A DNA stretch of 64,000 nucleotides. It comes from Diplonema japonicum. Lineage: Eukaryota > Protista > Euglenozoa: Diplonemea. The DNA lies in NCBI GenBank assembly GCA_964019335.1, contig OZ025756.1, forward strand, positions 62,001-126,000, written 5' to 3'. This document shows positions 10,202-20,949 of the stretch, piece by piece (position 1 is the stretch's first letter; the number at the start of each line of letters is the position of its first letter). A program made the position numbers and the translations under genes. Below the pieces are notes generated by a model. That model did not search any database, was not told the origin of the DNA, and saw only the letters and a list, made by a program, of their open reading frames with translations.

Positions 10202-11965
10202 TCAAATCAATAGCCCGGGTTCCATTTCTTGCTCGTTGATTTTTAGAGTTGATTTACCATAACACGAAAAATCCTGATGGTCGTACAGAGGAATAGTCTC
10301 ACTGCTTGTTCCCCTTTGAGTCCACTTTCTTCGTGCTTTGTATGCTGCCAGCACCCCAGCCACAACTGCGGCAGAGCCACTCACAGCAATTAGTGCTAGC
10401 AACCAGTGTTTTTTTCCCCCGCCAGTATTCTTGTCGTCCTCACCGGTGCTCTTCAACCCTACCACCGAATCAATACTTTTACAAGCCACCCCGTTGTTCC
10501 CCCTGTATTCACAATAGCTATCAGGTGGGCATGTCACAATCATACAAGGGTCCACGTAATCCTTCATGCAGAATTCAGTATCGTTCTGAAAGCTGTACAT
10601 ACACTTCATGCCGTACGGGCAGCTGTCGTTCGTGCAGGGGTTCGTATCCTCCACGCAGTACACTGTTTCATTCTCCGGACTGGCCTTGCACCGCATTCCC
10701 TCCGGGCACGCCACACCAAGGCACGGGTCTGCTTCGTTATCCACACAGAAAGTACTCCCGTTCTGCGTGTTGTACTCACAAACAGTCCCATTGGGACAGG
10801 TCACATTCTGGCATGGGTCATCAGGAATGCAAGATGCAGTGTCGTTTTGAAAGTTGTACTCACAAACAGTCCCATTGGGACAGGTCACGTTCTGGCATGG
10901 GTCATCAGGAATGCAAGATGCAGTGTCGTTCCCAAAGTTGTACTCACAAACAGTCCCATTGGGACAGGTCACATTCTGGCATGGGTCATCAGGAATGCAG
11001 GATGCAGTGTCGTTTTGAAAGTTGTACTCACAAACAGTCCCATTAGGACAGGTCACGTTCTGGCATGGGTCATCAGGAATGCAGGATGCAGTGTCGTTCC
11101 CAAAGTTGTACTCACAAACAGTCCCATTAGGACAGGTCACGTTCTGGCATGGGTCATCAGGAATGCAGGATGCAGTGTCGTTTTGAAAGTTGTACTCACA
11201 AACAGTCCCATTGGGACAGGTCACGTTCTGGCATGGGTCATCAGGAATGCAAGATGCAGTGTCGTTTTGAAAGTTGTATTCACAAACAGTCCCATTAGGA
11301 CAGGTCACATTCTGGCATGGGTCATCAGGAATGCAAGATGCAGTGTCGTTCCCAAAGTTGTACTCACAAACAGTCCCATTGGGACAGGTCACGTTCTGGC
11401 ATGGGTCATCAGGAATGCAAGATGCAGTGTCGTTTTGAAAGTTGTATTCACAAACAGTCCCATTGGGACAGGTCACATTCTGGCATGGGTCATCAGGAAT
11501 GCAAGATGCAGTGTCGTTTTGAAAGTTGTACTCACAAACAGTCCCATTGGGACAGGTCACGTTCTGGCATGGGTCATCAGGAATGCAGGATGCAGTGTCG
11601 TTCCCAAAGTTGTACTCACAAACAGTCCCATTGGGACAGGTCACATTCTGGCATGGGTCATCTGGAATGCAAGATGCAGTGTCGTTCCCAAAGTTGTACT
11701 CACAAACAGTCCCATTAGGACAGGTCACATTCTGGCATGGGTCATCAGGAATGCAGGATGCAGTGTCGTTTTGAAAGTTGTACTCACAAACAGTCCCATT
11801 GGGACAGGTCACGTTCAGGCACGGGTCATCAGAAAGAGGGAGACACGCAAAGCCACCACTAGCCGTGTCGTGTATGCAGAAGGTACCGTGGGGACATTCA
11901 GTGTTGTTCTCAGTACATGGGAGGGATGACACAGCAATGGCCAGCAGAGTGAGAAGTGGTGTCAT
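10202..11965 (-). CDS. Type I membrane glycoprotein with tandem follistatin-N (FOLN)-like 4-Cys repeats
   Basis: Likely start MTPLLTLLAIAVSS (signal peptide), then 13 x 28-aa DDPCQNVTCPNGTVCEYNF[QG]NDTASCIP, a few diverged units, TM WLLALIAVSGSAAVVAGVLAAY and a short cytosolic tail. Confidence 0.85.
   Translation of the reverse strand: MTPLLTLLAIAVSSLPCTENNTECPHGTFCIHDTASGGFACLPLSDDPCLNVTCPNGTVCEYNFQNDTASCIPDDPCQNVTCPNGTVCEYNFGNDTASCIPDDPCQNVTCPNGTVCEYNFGNDTASCIPDDPCQNVTCPNGTVCEYNFQNDTASCIPDDPCQNVTCPNGTVCEYNFQNDTASCIPDDPCQNVTCPNGTVCEYNFGNDTASCIPDDPCQNVTCPNGTVCEYNFQNDTASCIPDDPCQNVTCPNGTVCEYNFQNDTASCIPDDPCQNVTCPNGTVCEYNFGNDTASCIPDDPCQNVTCPNGTVCEYNFQNDTASCIPDDPCQNVTCPNGTVCEYNFGNDTASCIPDDPCQNVTCPNGTVCEYNFQNDTASCIPDDPCQNVTCPNGTVCEYNTQNGSTFCVDNEADPCLGVACPEGMRCKASPENETVYCVEDTNPCTNDSCPYGMKCMYSFQNDTEFCMKDYVDPCMIVTCPPDSYCEYRGNNGVACKSIDSVVGLKSTGEDDKNTGGGKKHWLLALIAVSGSAAVVAGVLAAYKARRKWTQRGTSSETIPLYDHQDFSCYGKSTLKINEQEMEPGLLI
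10745..11830. repeat. 84-bp coding tandem repeat, 13 units
   Basis: cacaaacagtcccatt recurs every 84 bp (10861, 10945, ...). Confidence 0.95.
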
Positions 11966-13299
11966 GTTACTACTGTGTGTAAGGAAAAAAAAAAAAAAAA
12001 AAAGTGATACCAAAAAGTGGTGCAACCTGGTGGAAGTTATAACGATTTAAACAAAAACAAGAAAAAAAAAAAAAAAAAGAAGAAAAAACTGGGAGTTGAT
12101 AAACACTGAGCAACGTGAGTGGAAGTCAGTCTTGTATGTTACGAAAGACCTTTGTATGCTCTCTTTTTTTTTTTTTTTTTTTTTTTTTTTGCCGATATAG
12201 CATAGACACTACGTTTAGCCTGCGACAATAGCGCAGAGAGAAAGCTACCGAGCATGATTTGGTTCTTCTAGTTTCAGATGTGATTCAAGACCAAATCATG
12301 TTTGTTCTTGAATATGGAGGAAAAATAGAATGGAGCAGGAAGCAACCTCTCAGAAGAGGAAAAAAAAAGGGGGGGGAAAGAAAAAAAAAGGGGGAGGGGG
12401 GGGGGGAGAAAACGCTTAAGAAAAACCTTATTTTCTCTATCAGAATTATCCGTTTACATCGTGAAATAAACACGTTTCATGCAAACAAATAAGTGTCAAA
12501 AAAATGGTGTTTTTTTTTCTTTTTTTTCTTTTCCAAGATGAAACTTAAAACTATCCAAAGAAAAAAAAAAAAAAAAAAAAAAAAGAAACTAAATAAAGGA
12601 AAACACTCTTGGATATCTAGAAATGCATTTGCACTTTCTCTTTTTAAAAATGTACCAATGGGTACGAGTATTCTCCGGTCCTGGGAAAAAAAAAAAGAAA
12701 GAAAAAATATGAAAGGGTATGGGATTTCTTTCCTATGCTTCTTCTTTTTTTTTTTCTTTTCTTTTTTTTTTTTTCTTATAGAATTTTCCACACCATGACG
12801 GGGGAGGGACACCATTTGGTGCTCAAGAAACGCTCCCCACTGTTCATAAAAAAGAAAAACACATCTGGGAAAAAAAAAGGGGTGGGGAGGGGAAGGGGCG
12901 GGAGGAAGTAAAAAAAAAAAACTCAAGTAAGTAAACGCGTCAAAGGGCACCAATACTGCAAGCGTGCGAGTACCTTTTTATGGTGTGCCTGCACTTTCTC
13001 TCAGCTGCTTTTGGAAGATTCTTTAATTAAACTTCTTCTTTTAAAAAAAAATGTGGTGGAATGGGCCGAAAAATAATAAAAAAAAATAAAGGCGATGTTT
13101 AAGGGCAAATCCCACTCGAGGACCACCCTTAAATAAAAAAAAACTAATTCTGAGGAACATTTTGAAGACAAATGTCTTGATGGGGAGATGGGGGGGGAAA
13201 AAAAAAAACTAAAGGGAATTATTCGCCCCCCCCCCCCCCCCTATTCCGCATCAAAGACAAACAATATAACGGCTGTGTCACTAATCGTGGCAGAATGGG

Positions 13300-13345
<46 letters not shown>

Positions 13346-13561
13346 CCCAAACATTAGTGAACACGTCCAAGATATGTTGCTGCCCAACACCATGCATTTC
13401 TAAGTTGCGAGTCGCTTCTCAAACCCCCCTTCAAAACTACTGAAAAAAAAAAAAAAAAAAAAAAAAAAATGGGGGCAACCTGGGTAACCAAGATTCTGCG
13501 TTACGTTTCTTCCACTGAGGCGCTACCGGTGATGACCGACGGGGAGGTCCATCACCTTTAA

Positions 13562-15323
13562 CCCATAACACTCCGGGGCCTATCTACATAGGGGTCCCTT
13601 TTTTGCTCCTTTTCAATAATTTGAGGCGAAAAATGGCAGCATTTAACCCCCGTTTGCAGGTAAAACGGGTTTTTTGGACCAGGAAAATTAAAAAAAAAAG
13701 TTCAAAAATTAATAAAAATACAAAGGGGATGAAGAGTTGAATGGCCGTAGGGTGCTCAAAAACGACCATGTCAAAATGGGTTGTGCACGGGGGGGTGTAA
13801 ATTGAGCATCCTGGGACAAAAAAGGCAGCATCAGGACCCCTCAGATGTCTCAGACCGAGAGAAGTGCCTCTTTGCGGGTGGAATATCGGCCTCGAAATCG
13901 TCAAGAGGCCTTTTTGGGGTGATGGAAGAGTGGTACGAAAAAAGCACTTATTTGGACAGAGGTGTTGGTTTCAGGTGTAGCATTTGTAGATTGTGCGTTT
14001 TGTGCATCCTTTCAACCTGCAGACCCTGGAGGTGCCCCCTTTGAGTGGCTAGCGGTCACGTTTGGTGTAACCTGGGGTATCGGGTGTGTGTGCACCACTA
14101 GTTGGGTGCCGGGAGTGGTGTTTTTGCAATGCTGGATCCATCAATTAGGCTCTCTCGAAAGCGCTCTTTAAAAGCAGCCAGGGTTGTTTATCTCTTTGGC
14201 ATCCCGCATCCCTGAACCATATTTTATTTGAAGTGCATGGCAGCTAACTATTGTCACTTCTAGGGCCCACCAGAAGAGTCCGCAACACCCAACGAAATGC
14301 AAGCCCCTCACAGTTCTTTCACAGGGCTTCGGCCAAAAAGTAGCTATCGCAAACTACCGTGTTGTCATTTCCCCGGAAAGGCTCTGTTAACCCCAGCCCC
14401 GCTTTTTCCACAACACTGAAATCTTCAAGTGCGTGCCCCTCGATTTTGGTGGCGTGGATGTGAAAACGCGAAAGATAACCCGTGCTCGCGCAGTTTAGGC
14501 AGTAGATCATTATGCCATATCTCTTACGCTTGAGAGGACAGTGTCTCGTAATGCTTAATTATTTTCCTGGCACTGCTGCTTTTGCCCACTTGTCACCAAT
14601 TCTGTCCAGAAACCCTCGTATCTTCACAACACATCACCGTTTGACCCTTCTGTGTGAGTGAAGTGGAGGCTACTTTTGATTTCCCAGTAGCGTCTCCTGG
14701 GCATCGTGTTACTGAAAAGGGGGATTTTCATGGGTCCCGTGGACCAATACGACTGCTGATTCTGGGCACGCCGTAAACCCATCGCAATGCTCAATCCGAG
14801 TAAGCGGTGGAGTCCTGGGTCGAAATTTTATCAATCTCAGCGTCCTTTTGCTTGTTTGTCTCTTCTTGGATGACGTCTGTGAGCTTCTTATAAAAAAACC
14901 GAAGGAATAACCATTTTGCGTCGTCAGGTTTCTGCGTACCACGGGACAGCTTTTTTTCTCCCCACTGGCCTATTTTATGGTCTCTATGGGTACCAACTCC
15001 CTTACCCATGAAGGTTGGACCTCGTCCGTAGCTGTTTTGGCTTTACCTTTGCGTTTTTTGGGAACAATTTGGGTACAGTCTGCACACCCGTTATTTTGCG
15101 TTTTTAGCTTATCTACTCGGATTTGGGACCCACTTGGTGGGCGGATAACAAGGTAAAATGATGCAGCGCAGCATGAATTGCAGTTGAAAATAACTCCTCA
15201 CTATAGTCGTTCTTGGAGATCCAGGGGTCGTGGGGACGAAAAAGTACTTAGAGAAAAAAAAAAAAAAAAAAAAAACGATTTTTTTCAAAACGACAAATAT
15301 TTGCGCCCTTGGAGTGTTATGGG
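13562..15323 (-). mobile_element. Defective piggyBac DNA transposon with intact termini
   Basis: TTAA at 13558-13561 and 15324-15327. Perfect 13-bp TIR CCCATAACACTCC / GGAGTGTTATGGG. Minus-strand transposase fragments MPRRRYWEIKSSLHF, KIRGFLDRI, KRYGIMIYCLNCASTGY and LTEPFRGNDNTVVCDSYF. Confidence 0.9.
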
Positions 15324-15899
15324 TTAAAAAAAAAAAAAAAAAAAGATTGCTATTAGGTGCTGATTGCTGTTCAGAAGGATAGGCCCCAACAATGCTACCA
15401 CTACTCTTTTTCTTTGTGGTTTTCTTGTTCAAGCAAACAAGCAAAAAAAAAAAAAAAAAAAAAAAAAAGGTAGACGATAGATAAGCTATTATATATTTGT
15501 GCACAAACTTATAACCCCCCCCCCCCCCCCCCTGGTACTTGCAACCACAATAGTAATAAATAAAATTAAATAATGGTGTTTTTTTTTTTCTTTTTTGAAT
15601 AGCTGAGAGAAAAAAAAAAGGAAAAAAAAAAAAAACTCGGCAGGTTACTCTTAAGTTTCAATTGCAACGAAGCACATGTTCTTCTTGAGACACAAGCCGG
15701 ATGGGAAAGGAGGGGGTAAAAAAAAAAAAGAAAGAGGCAATAATTGTATAGGTCAGAATTACTGCATCCTCCGCGTGTCAAAGAAAGCACTTTTTTTTTT
15801 GGAAAGAAACAAAATAGAAAAAAAAACCCCCCCCTTTTTTTTCCCTTTCTCTCGTCTGTTTATGGATTTTTTGCAACAAAGGAGAAAACAAGAAGAAAA

Positions 15900-16024
15900 A
15901 GAGTCGGTTGATTGTTGATTGTGCACAGCCGGGGTTAACCTGTAGAAGGATAATCCCAACAATGCTACCACTACTCTTTTTAGCAATAACAATTCATTAT
16001 CAATATATTGTTTTTCTTGTTCAT

Positions 16025-16071
<47 letters not shown>

Positions 16072-16430
16072 ATAGCTATTATTTACCAAGACCGAAGATT
16101 CTTATTCCGAACTGGGAAAATTGTAGGATTTTTGTTTTTTTTTGTTTGTTTGTTTATTTTTTTTTTTTTTTTTTTTAAACTCAACTTAGTGGGCTTCTCC
16201 GTTTAGCCTGCGGCACGACTAGTAAGAGGCATAACATAACTTGAGATTCCGAATTCTTTTGCCCCCGCAAGGGCCCGAGTGCAAAACAATGGGCAGAAAT
16301 TCGCTGGTGACGAAGATCAAAATTATGGCTCATTTTTGAGTCACGAAAAATATTAAAAAAAAGATAAAGGAGACCAGTGTTGGTGACGTCCTGCACAAGC
16401 ATTGTCCACTTGATTACATCTCGGCCGAAG
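15900..16430. repeat. Copy of a dispersed non-coding repeat (block B, then start of block A)
   Basis: Block B tgtgcacagccggggttaacctgtagaaggataa..caacaatgctaccactactc is also at about 15372, 22995-23085 (inverted), 26580-26645 and 42834. Block A start (ggag.cc.gtgttgg...cctgcacaag) is also at 40645. Confidence 0.75.
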
Positions 16431-16476
16431 AATTCGTATTGTTGGCATATAGACAGGGAGGTATGTACTCTCTAAG

Positions 16477-16515
<39 letters not shown>

Positions 16516-17029
16516 AGAAGAAACAAAGGGCGAGAGTTTTTGTAAAGAAAAAGGTTGAAATGCAAATGATGAAGAAGAAGAAGAAGTTAAAAAAAAAAAA
16601 AAAAAAAAAAAGTGCGGGCAGGTGGTAGTGAAAACCGGGAAAGTGACAAGTAAGATTAGTTTGAAGTTGTTGGGTGTTTTTTCTCCCCCCCCCCCCCAAT
16701 CCCCTCTTTATTTTTTGGAAATGGGGAGGTTTTTTTTTTTTTTTTTTGCTGGAACAAGTAAACAAATTTTTGAAAAGAATTGTTATTGCAAAAAAAGAGT
16801 AGAGGCAGCTTGTCCGTCTATCCCTACTGTAGGTGAAAACAAGGCTTGCACAAACAATCAGCCGAGTCTTTTTTTTTTTTGATCCCTTCTTTTTTTTTTT
16901 TTTTAAACAAAACCAAAGAAATATACAGCAAAACAAAAAGAAGAAACTGAGTAAGGGGGGGGGGGGGGGGGGTGTGGGGTCGATTTTTTTTTGAAACTTT
17001 TTATTATTATTATTATTATTTTTTTTTAA

Positions 17030-20000
17030 TCACATCAACCCTCCAAGACCACCGAAAGAGTTCAACATCGAAGGCATCTGAACGGGGTTAACAGTGATAG
17101 GGACACCCTGCACCCCAGCTTGCGCATGAACAGGCCGTCTGGGAACATTCGGAGGAGGCAGGTTTAAAACCCGATTAAAAGTGTGCTGGAGCCTAGCGTA
17201 CTGCACCTCCGCCTCACTGTGTGTTGCCTCGATAGCCGCCAGACTGTCTCTAGATGTCTTGTGGTTTTCTCCAAACACTTTTTTACGGATCAAATAAGCA
17301 TCTTCAAGCAATTCAACTGCCTTGGGCAACGAACCAATAGCTTTGTAAGCCATTCCTAGATTGTGTTTCGAACTTGCCACATCGGCATGAACCGCCCCGT
17401 ACAAACTCTTCCGCATCGCAAGGCCTTCTTCGAGATACCTCAACGCTTGCGGGAGATCATTCATATCTTGATACACACCACCAACATTGTTTAGACTAGT
17501 AGCGATGGAAGGGTGGTTAGGTTCGTTAGCCAGCTCTCTGCTCATTTTCAAGGAGCCTACTAAATATTCAAGCGCTTTCTTGTAGTCCCCAAGAGATCTG
17601 TGTTTATATACAAGGCCGATATTGTTTAGGGTGTTAGAAACCTCGGAGTGCTTTTCCCCAAATATTCTCTTCCGCATGGACAGGGCTTGGTCCATGTATT
17701 GAAGGGCTTTCTGGAGGTCTCCGATGTCCTTGTACGCGGCGCCGAGTTTATGCAGGGACGATGCAATGTACTGGTTCTCCCCGCCGTCTGAGAGTTGTTG
17801 TCTAACAGATAATGCAGTGTGTAGGAATTCAACAGCCTTATGCGGTTCGCCCTTGTCTTGATAGATGGCGGCGATGTTCATGAGCATTGTGGCGCGTTCT
17901 TCTGCGAGCTCAGGGGTTTGTGCCATACCATTGCAAGCGTCTAGCATGTTTGACAAGGCTCGTTCCTTGTCACCGAGTTTGTGATGGCACAGCCCGATTG
18001 ACCCCTTTATTTTCAAGATGGAAGGGTGGTCGGAGGGGTACAACCGTTTGTGTAGTTTCAGAGCTTCTTCGAAGTACTCCGTTGTCGTTGTCCCTATAAC
18101 CTGTTTTGCATCGGCTAATGTGTACAAACAGTCCGCCCAAATTTTGTTCGCTGTTTTAAACGCGGGTCTGCAGTGTTTCGCTGCTGTCTCCAGATATTCT
18201 ATAGCGTGAGGGAAGTCCCTAGCACGGTGCGCTACGGTACCAAGGTATATTGAGACCTCGACGATCTCGGGATCGGTGATGTGTCGGGTCTTTTGCAGGA
18301 TGGTCAAAGCGTTGTCGAGCGTGACGAATGCTTTTTGATGATCATTCCTTTCGCTGAGTAGAAGCCCTTGAATCACTAGACACCTTGCGAGCCCGTCGCA
18401 TTTCGGCGCTGTGTACTCGTATATCGAGATGGACTCTTCAATGTAAGGCTGTGCCTCCGAAAGGTTCCCCAGGGAATGGTGGCACTTCGCCACGCGGTAC
18501 AGCTCCTTCGCAATGTCGTCTTGATTTTGTATCCCGTCCTTCGCCATTTCTTTCGTGAGCCGCAGCGCTTCCATGTAGTAAGGCAGGGCTTCACGGTGGT
18601 CCGCTTTGCTCGTCAGCGCAGCACCGATTTTTTGCTTCAAAAACAGCATGAGGCTGCAATCGTCGGAGCTTGCTAGCTTCTCTGCTTTATAATACTGTTC
18701 CAGTGCCTTGCTGTCGTCTTTGGTGAGAAGAGAGAAACAGGAAGCGATTTTGAGCCTGAAGTCAAGTTCAAGGCCCGGTTTCGGATCTTCACTGTTGCGA
18801 GTTCTGAGAGCAGAGACAGCATGAGGCAGCAGCCAAACGGCATCCTCCCAGAACTCTGGATGTTCGGTGATGTCAGGCATCGCGGTGAACAATCGGGTGA
18901 GAATTTTGTTTCGTGTGATGGTGGTGGTGAAGCCGCGTTCCTGAACAGTACGGGTCAGAGCAAGCTGGAGCTGTTCGGCTGTGCTGCGGTGCATTCTGAT
19001 AACAGTGGCTCCGGACTCCTCCTGCACAGCGATCAGGCCAAGGCTCTCGCAGGCAGACAACGCACTCTGCATTTTTTCGTTGGACGCATCGGTGATGAAA
19101 AAACCGAGCACCCAGAACTGAACCAGCGAGCAGCTTAGATACGACGCGCAGCATAGCATGTCGATTGCAAGGGATGGGAGGGACTTAATCCTCGCTTGGA
19201 AGACTCCTTCAGGCGTCCATCGATTCCCAGCAAAACGAGTGAAGTCCACCCCAGTGGACCTGAATAAAATCAATGACGATTCAATTGAGTAAGGAGATGT
19301 CCCGAGGGACGTGACCAAATCCGTGACATCTTGAAGACCGGCGGTGGGGACCTCAAGCATTGTGTAAGATACAGCTTCCGCGCTGGAAAAGATGGGACAT
19401 TTCACATTGGAGACGGCGGTCTCCGGGATGTCAAGATCTTCTGAGCCAGAAATGAAAATCTGAACCCTCCTTCGGGTTTCCAACCATGGGAGGACGTCTT
19501 CCTTGTCTCGGACACCGCCGAAGATAAACGCGTGGTCCGAACCTTTATCGATCATCGAAAACACGGCGTCGATGAGATCGCGAGGCTCCCTAACCTCTTC
19601 AAGCTTTGCTTGTATATCGCTCGCCTGCTGGTTCTGTATGCAGGCTTGTCTGACAATGTCGAGGAGACCTGCGTAGATCGCTTCAGACGACGATGCTGAA
19701 ATAAAGTGAATATTACAGTTTGGTTTCTCCTCTGAGAGGAAGTGCTTGATAACGGTCATTTTCCCGCTTCCAGGCGGACCGGTTAACAGAACGGGTTTCG
19801 CGCTCTCCCGTGCCTTGTTAAGGTCCGCGAATATCTTCCTACGTTCTTGATGATGATTGCTCAGCGCACGGGGAGGCGGCTGTCTGGTGGACCTGCGAAG
19901 AATGGTTTTCAACTTTATCTGAACGACACCATTTTCGAACATATAATCCATAATACGCCGGTTCAGCATGGCTTCCTTGGGAGATTGCATACCAGATTGA

Positions 20001-20830
20001 ATGAACACAGCCTCATGCGGAAGGTTGAGAATGTCAGCTAGCTGCTGGCGAACAACCTTAATAGGAGTGTCACTCCTAAACTCGTGTTTCCAGATAACAC
20101 GGCTATAGTGTTTGAAGACCAGTTCGGTTTTCTCTACTAGAGGAGGAATACGCGGGTTCTCAAGTGTGTCAAGCGGGACACTATTGTCCTTGCTGGTGTA
20201 GCACTTCGATTTAACAGACGTCTGGAGCGTTGAAACGTAAAATGTGTGCGTCTCTACCCCCCTTGTTATTTGAAAGGGAACAGCGTCGAGCAAGGGTTGG
20301 ACCGCCGCCGAATCTGAGTTCGAATATTTCCCGATTATCTTCAACGCTGTCTCGTCGGTGGGACATTCCATGTAAATCGTAACGATGTTGCATCTGTCGT
20401 TGGTTTTCTTCTGCCGTCCGATTGCCCTTGTATACTGCGTCACATCCAGACCCAATTGTTCCATGGCTTCCGATGTGAAGAACATGAGGACGTCGCTGCA
20501 CTCGCTGTCGGTGAGGGTGTGGCCGGGCTCCAACACGCACTGTATCATTACGACCACGGAGCCCCTTTTATGGCTTTTTCTGTCGCCTTCGCTGCTTGTT
20601 CTCTTGTTCACCGTGGTGTTCGGAAAGGTGTCTTTTATTCGTTTGATGACTTGCTTGACACCGCCTGAGGTGCGGTCGTTGACATAGATGCCTATGTCTT
20701 TGGTATAGGGGTGATTCGACCCGCAGAGGTGAACGAATTTCACCGGGCAACCTGTGACCTGCTGCAAGAAGTTGACCGTCACTCCGTGATCAAGATTGTA
20801 TATCTGCAACACCACTGCATTGGATGCCAT
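17030..20830 (-). CDS. NLR-like STAND/NB-ARC-TPR protein with N-terminal RRM-like and ubiquitin-like modules
   Basis: Walker A VLLTGPPGSGKMT (about 19754-19790), degenerate Walker B HAFIFGGV, GxP-like LGTSPYSI, MHD-like IRMHR, then more than 10 kinesin-light-chain-type TPRs (IATSLNNVGGVYQDM...ALRYLEEGLAMRK). A Ubl-like segment FRSDTPIKVVRQQLADILNLP...IMDY precedes the NTPase. Confidence 0.8.
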   Translation of the reverse strand: MASNAVVLQIYNLDHGVTVNFLQQVTGCPVKFVHLCGSNHPYTKDIGIYVNDRTSGGVKQVIKRIKDTFPNTTVNKRTSSEGDRKSHKRGSVVVMIQCVLEPGHTLTDSECSDVLMFFTSEAMEQLGLDVTQYTRAIGRQKKTNDRCNIVTIYMECPTDETALKIIGKYSNSDSAAVQPLLDAVPFQITRGVETHTFYVSTLQTSVKSKCYTSKDNSVPLDTLENPRIPPLVEKTELVFKHYSRVIWKHEFRSDTPIKVVRQQLADILNLPHEAVFIQSGMQSPKEAMLNRRIMDYMFENGVVQIKLKTILRRSTRQPPPRALSNHHQERRKIFADLNKARESAKPVLLTGPPGSGKMTVIKHFLSEEKPNCNIHFISASSSEAIYAGLLDIVRQACIQNQQASDIQAKLEEVREPRDLIDAVFSMIDKGSDHAFIFGGVRDKEDVLPWLETRRRVQIFISGSEDLDIPETAVSNVKCPIFSSAEAVSYTMLEVPTAGLQDVTDLVTSLGTSPYSIESSLILFRSTGVDFTRFAGNRWTPEGVFQARIKSLPSLAIDMLCCASYLSCSLVQFWVLGFFITDASNEKMQSALSACESLGLIAVQEESGATVIRMHRSTAEQLQLALTRTVQERGFTTTITRNKILTRLFTAMPDITEHPEFWEDAVWLLPHAVSALRTRNSEDPKPGLELDFRLKIASCFSLLTKDDSKALEQYYKAEKLASSDDCSLMLFLKQKIGAALTSKADHREALPYYMEALRLTKEMAKDGIQNQDDIAKELYRVAKCHHSLGNLSEAQPYIEESISIYEYTAPKCDGLARCLVIQGLLLSERNDHQKAFVTLDNALTILQKTRHITDPEIVEVSIYLGTVAHRARDFPHAIEYLETAAKHCRPAFKTANKIWADCLYTLADAKQVIGTTTTEYFEEALKLHKRLYPSDHPSILKIKGSIGLCHHKLGDKERALSNMLDACNGMAQTPELAEERATMLMNIAAIYQDKGEPHKAVEFLHTALSVRQQLSDGGENQYIASSLHKLGAAYKDIGDLQKALQYMDQALSMRKRIFGEKHSEVSNTLNNIGLVYKHRSLGDYKKALEYLVGSLKMSRELANEPNHPSIATSLNNVGGVYQDMNDLPQALRYLEEGLAMRKSLYGAVHADVASSKHNLGMAYKAIGSLPKAVELLEDAYLIRKKVFGENHKTSRDSLAAIEATHSEAEVQYARLQHTFNRVLNLPPPNVPRRPVHAQAGVQGVPITVNPVQMPSMLNSFGGLGGLM

Positions 20831-20866
20831 TTTTATTTATTTATTTTTATTCTTCCCAGTCTGGTT

Positions 20867-20897
<31 letters not shown>

Positions 20898-20898
20898 G

Positions 20899-20944
<46 letters not shown>

Positions 20945-20949
20945 GTATC

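Noticed and set aside
10745-11830. CRISPR-like regular array
   Set aside because: Contiguous in-frame tandem units with no unique spacers, in a eukaryotic context.
10406-11929. 507-aa plus-strand ORF
   Set aside because: Antisense shadow of the 84-bp coding repeat; the minus-strand protein has a signal peptide, Cys pattern and TM helix.
12040-12052. AACGATTTAAA similar to the diplonemid spliced-leader 5' part
   Set aside because: Short AT-rich match with no downstream leader sequence.
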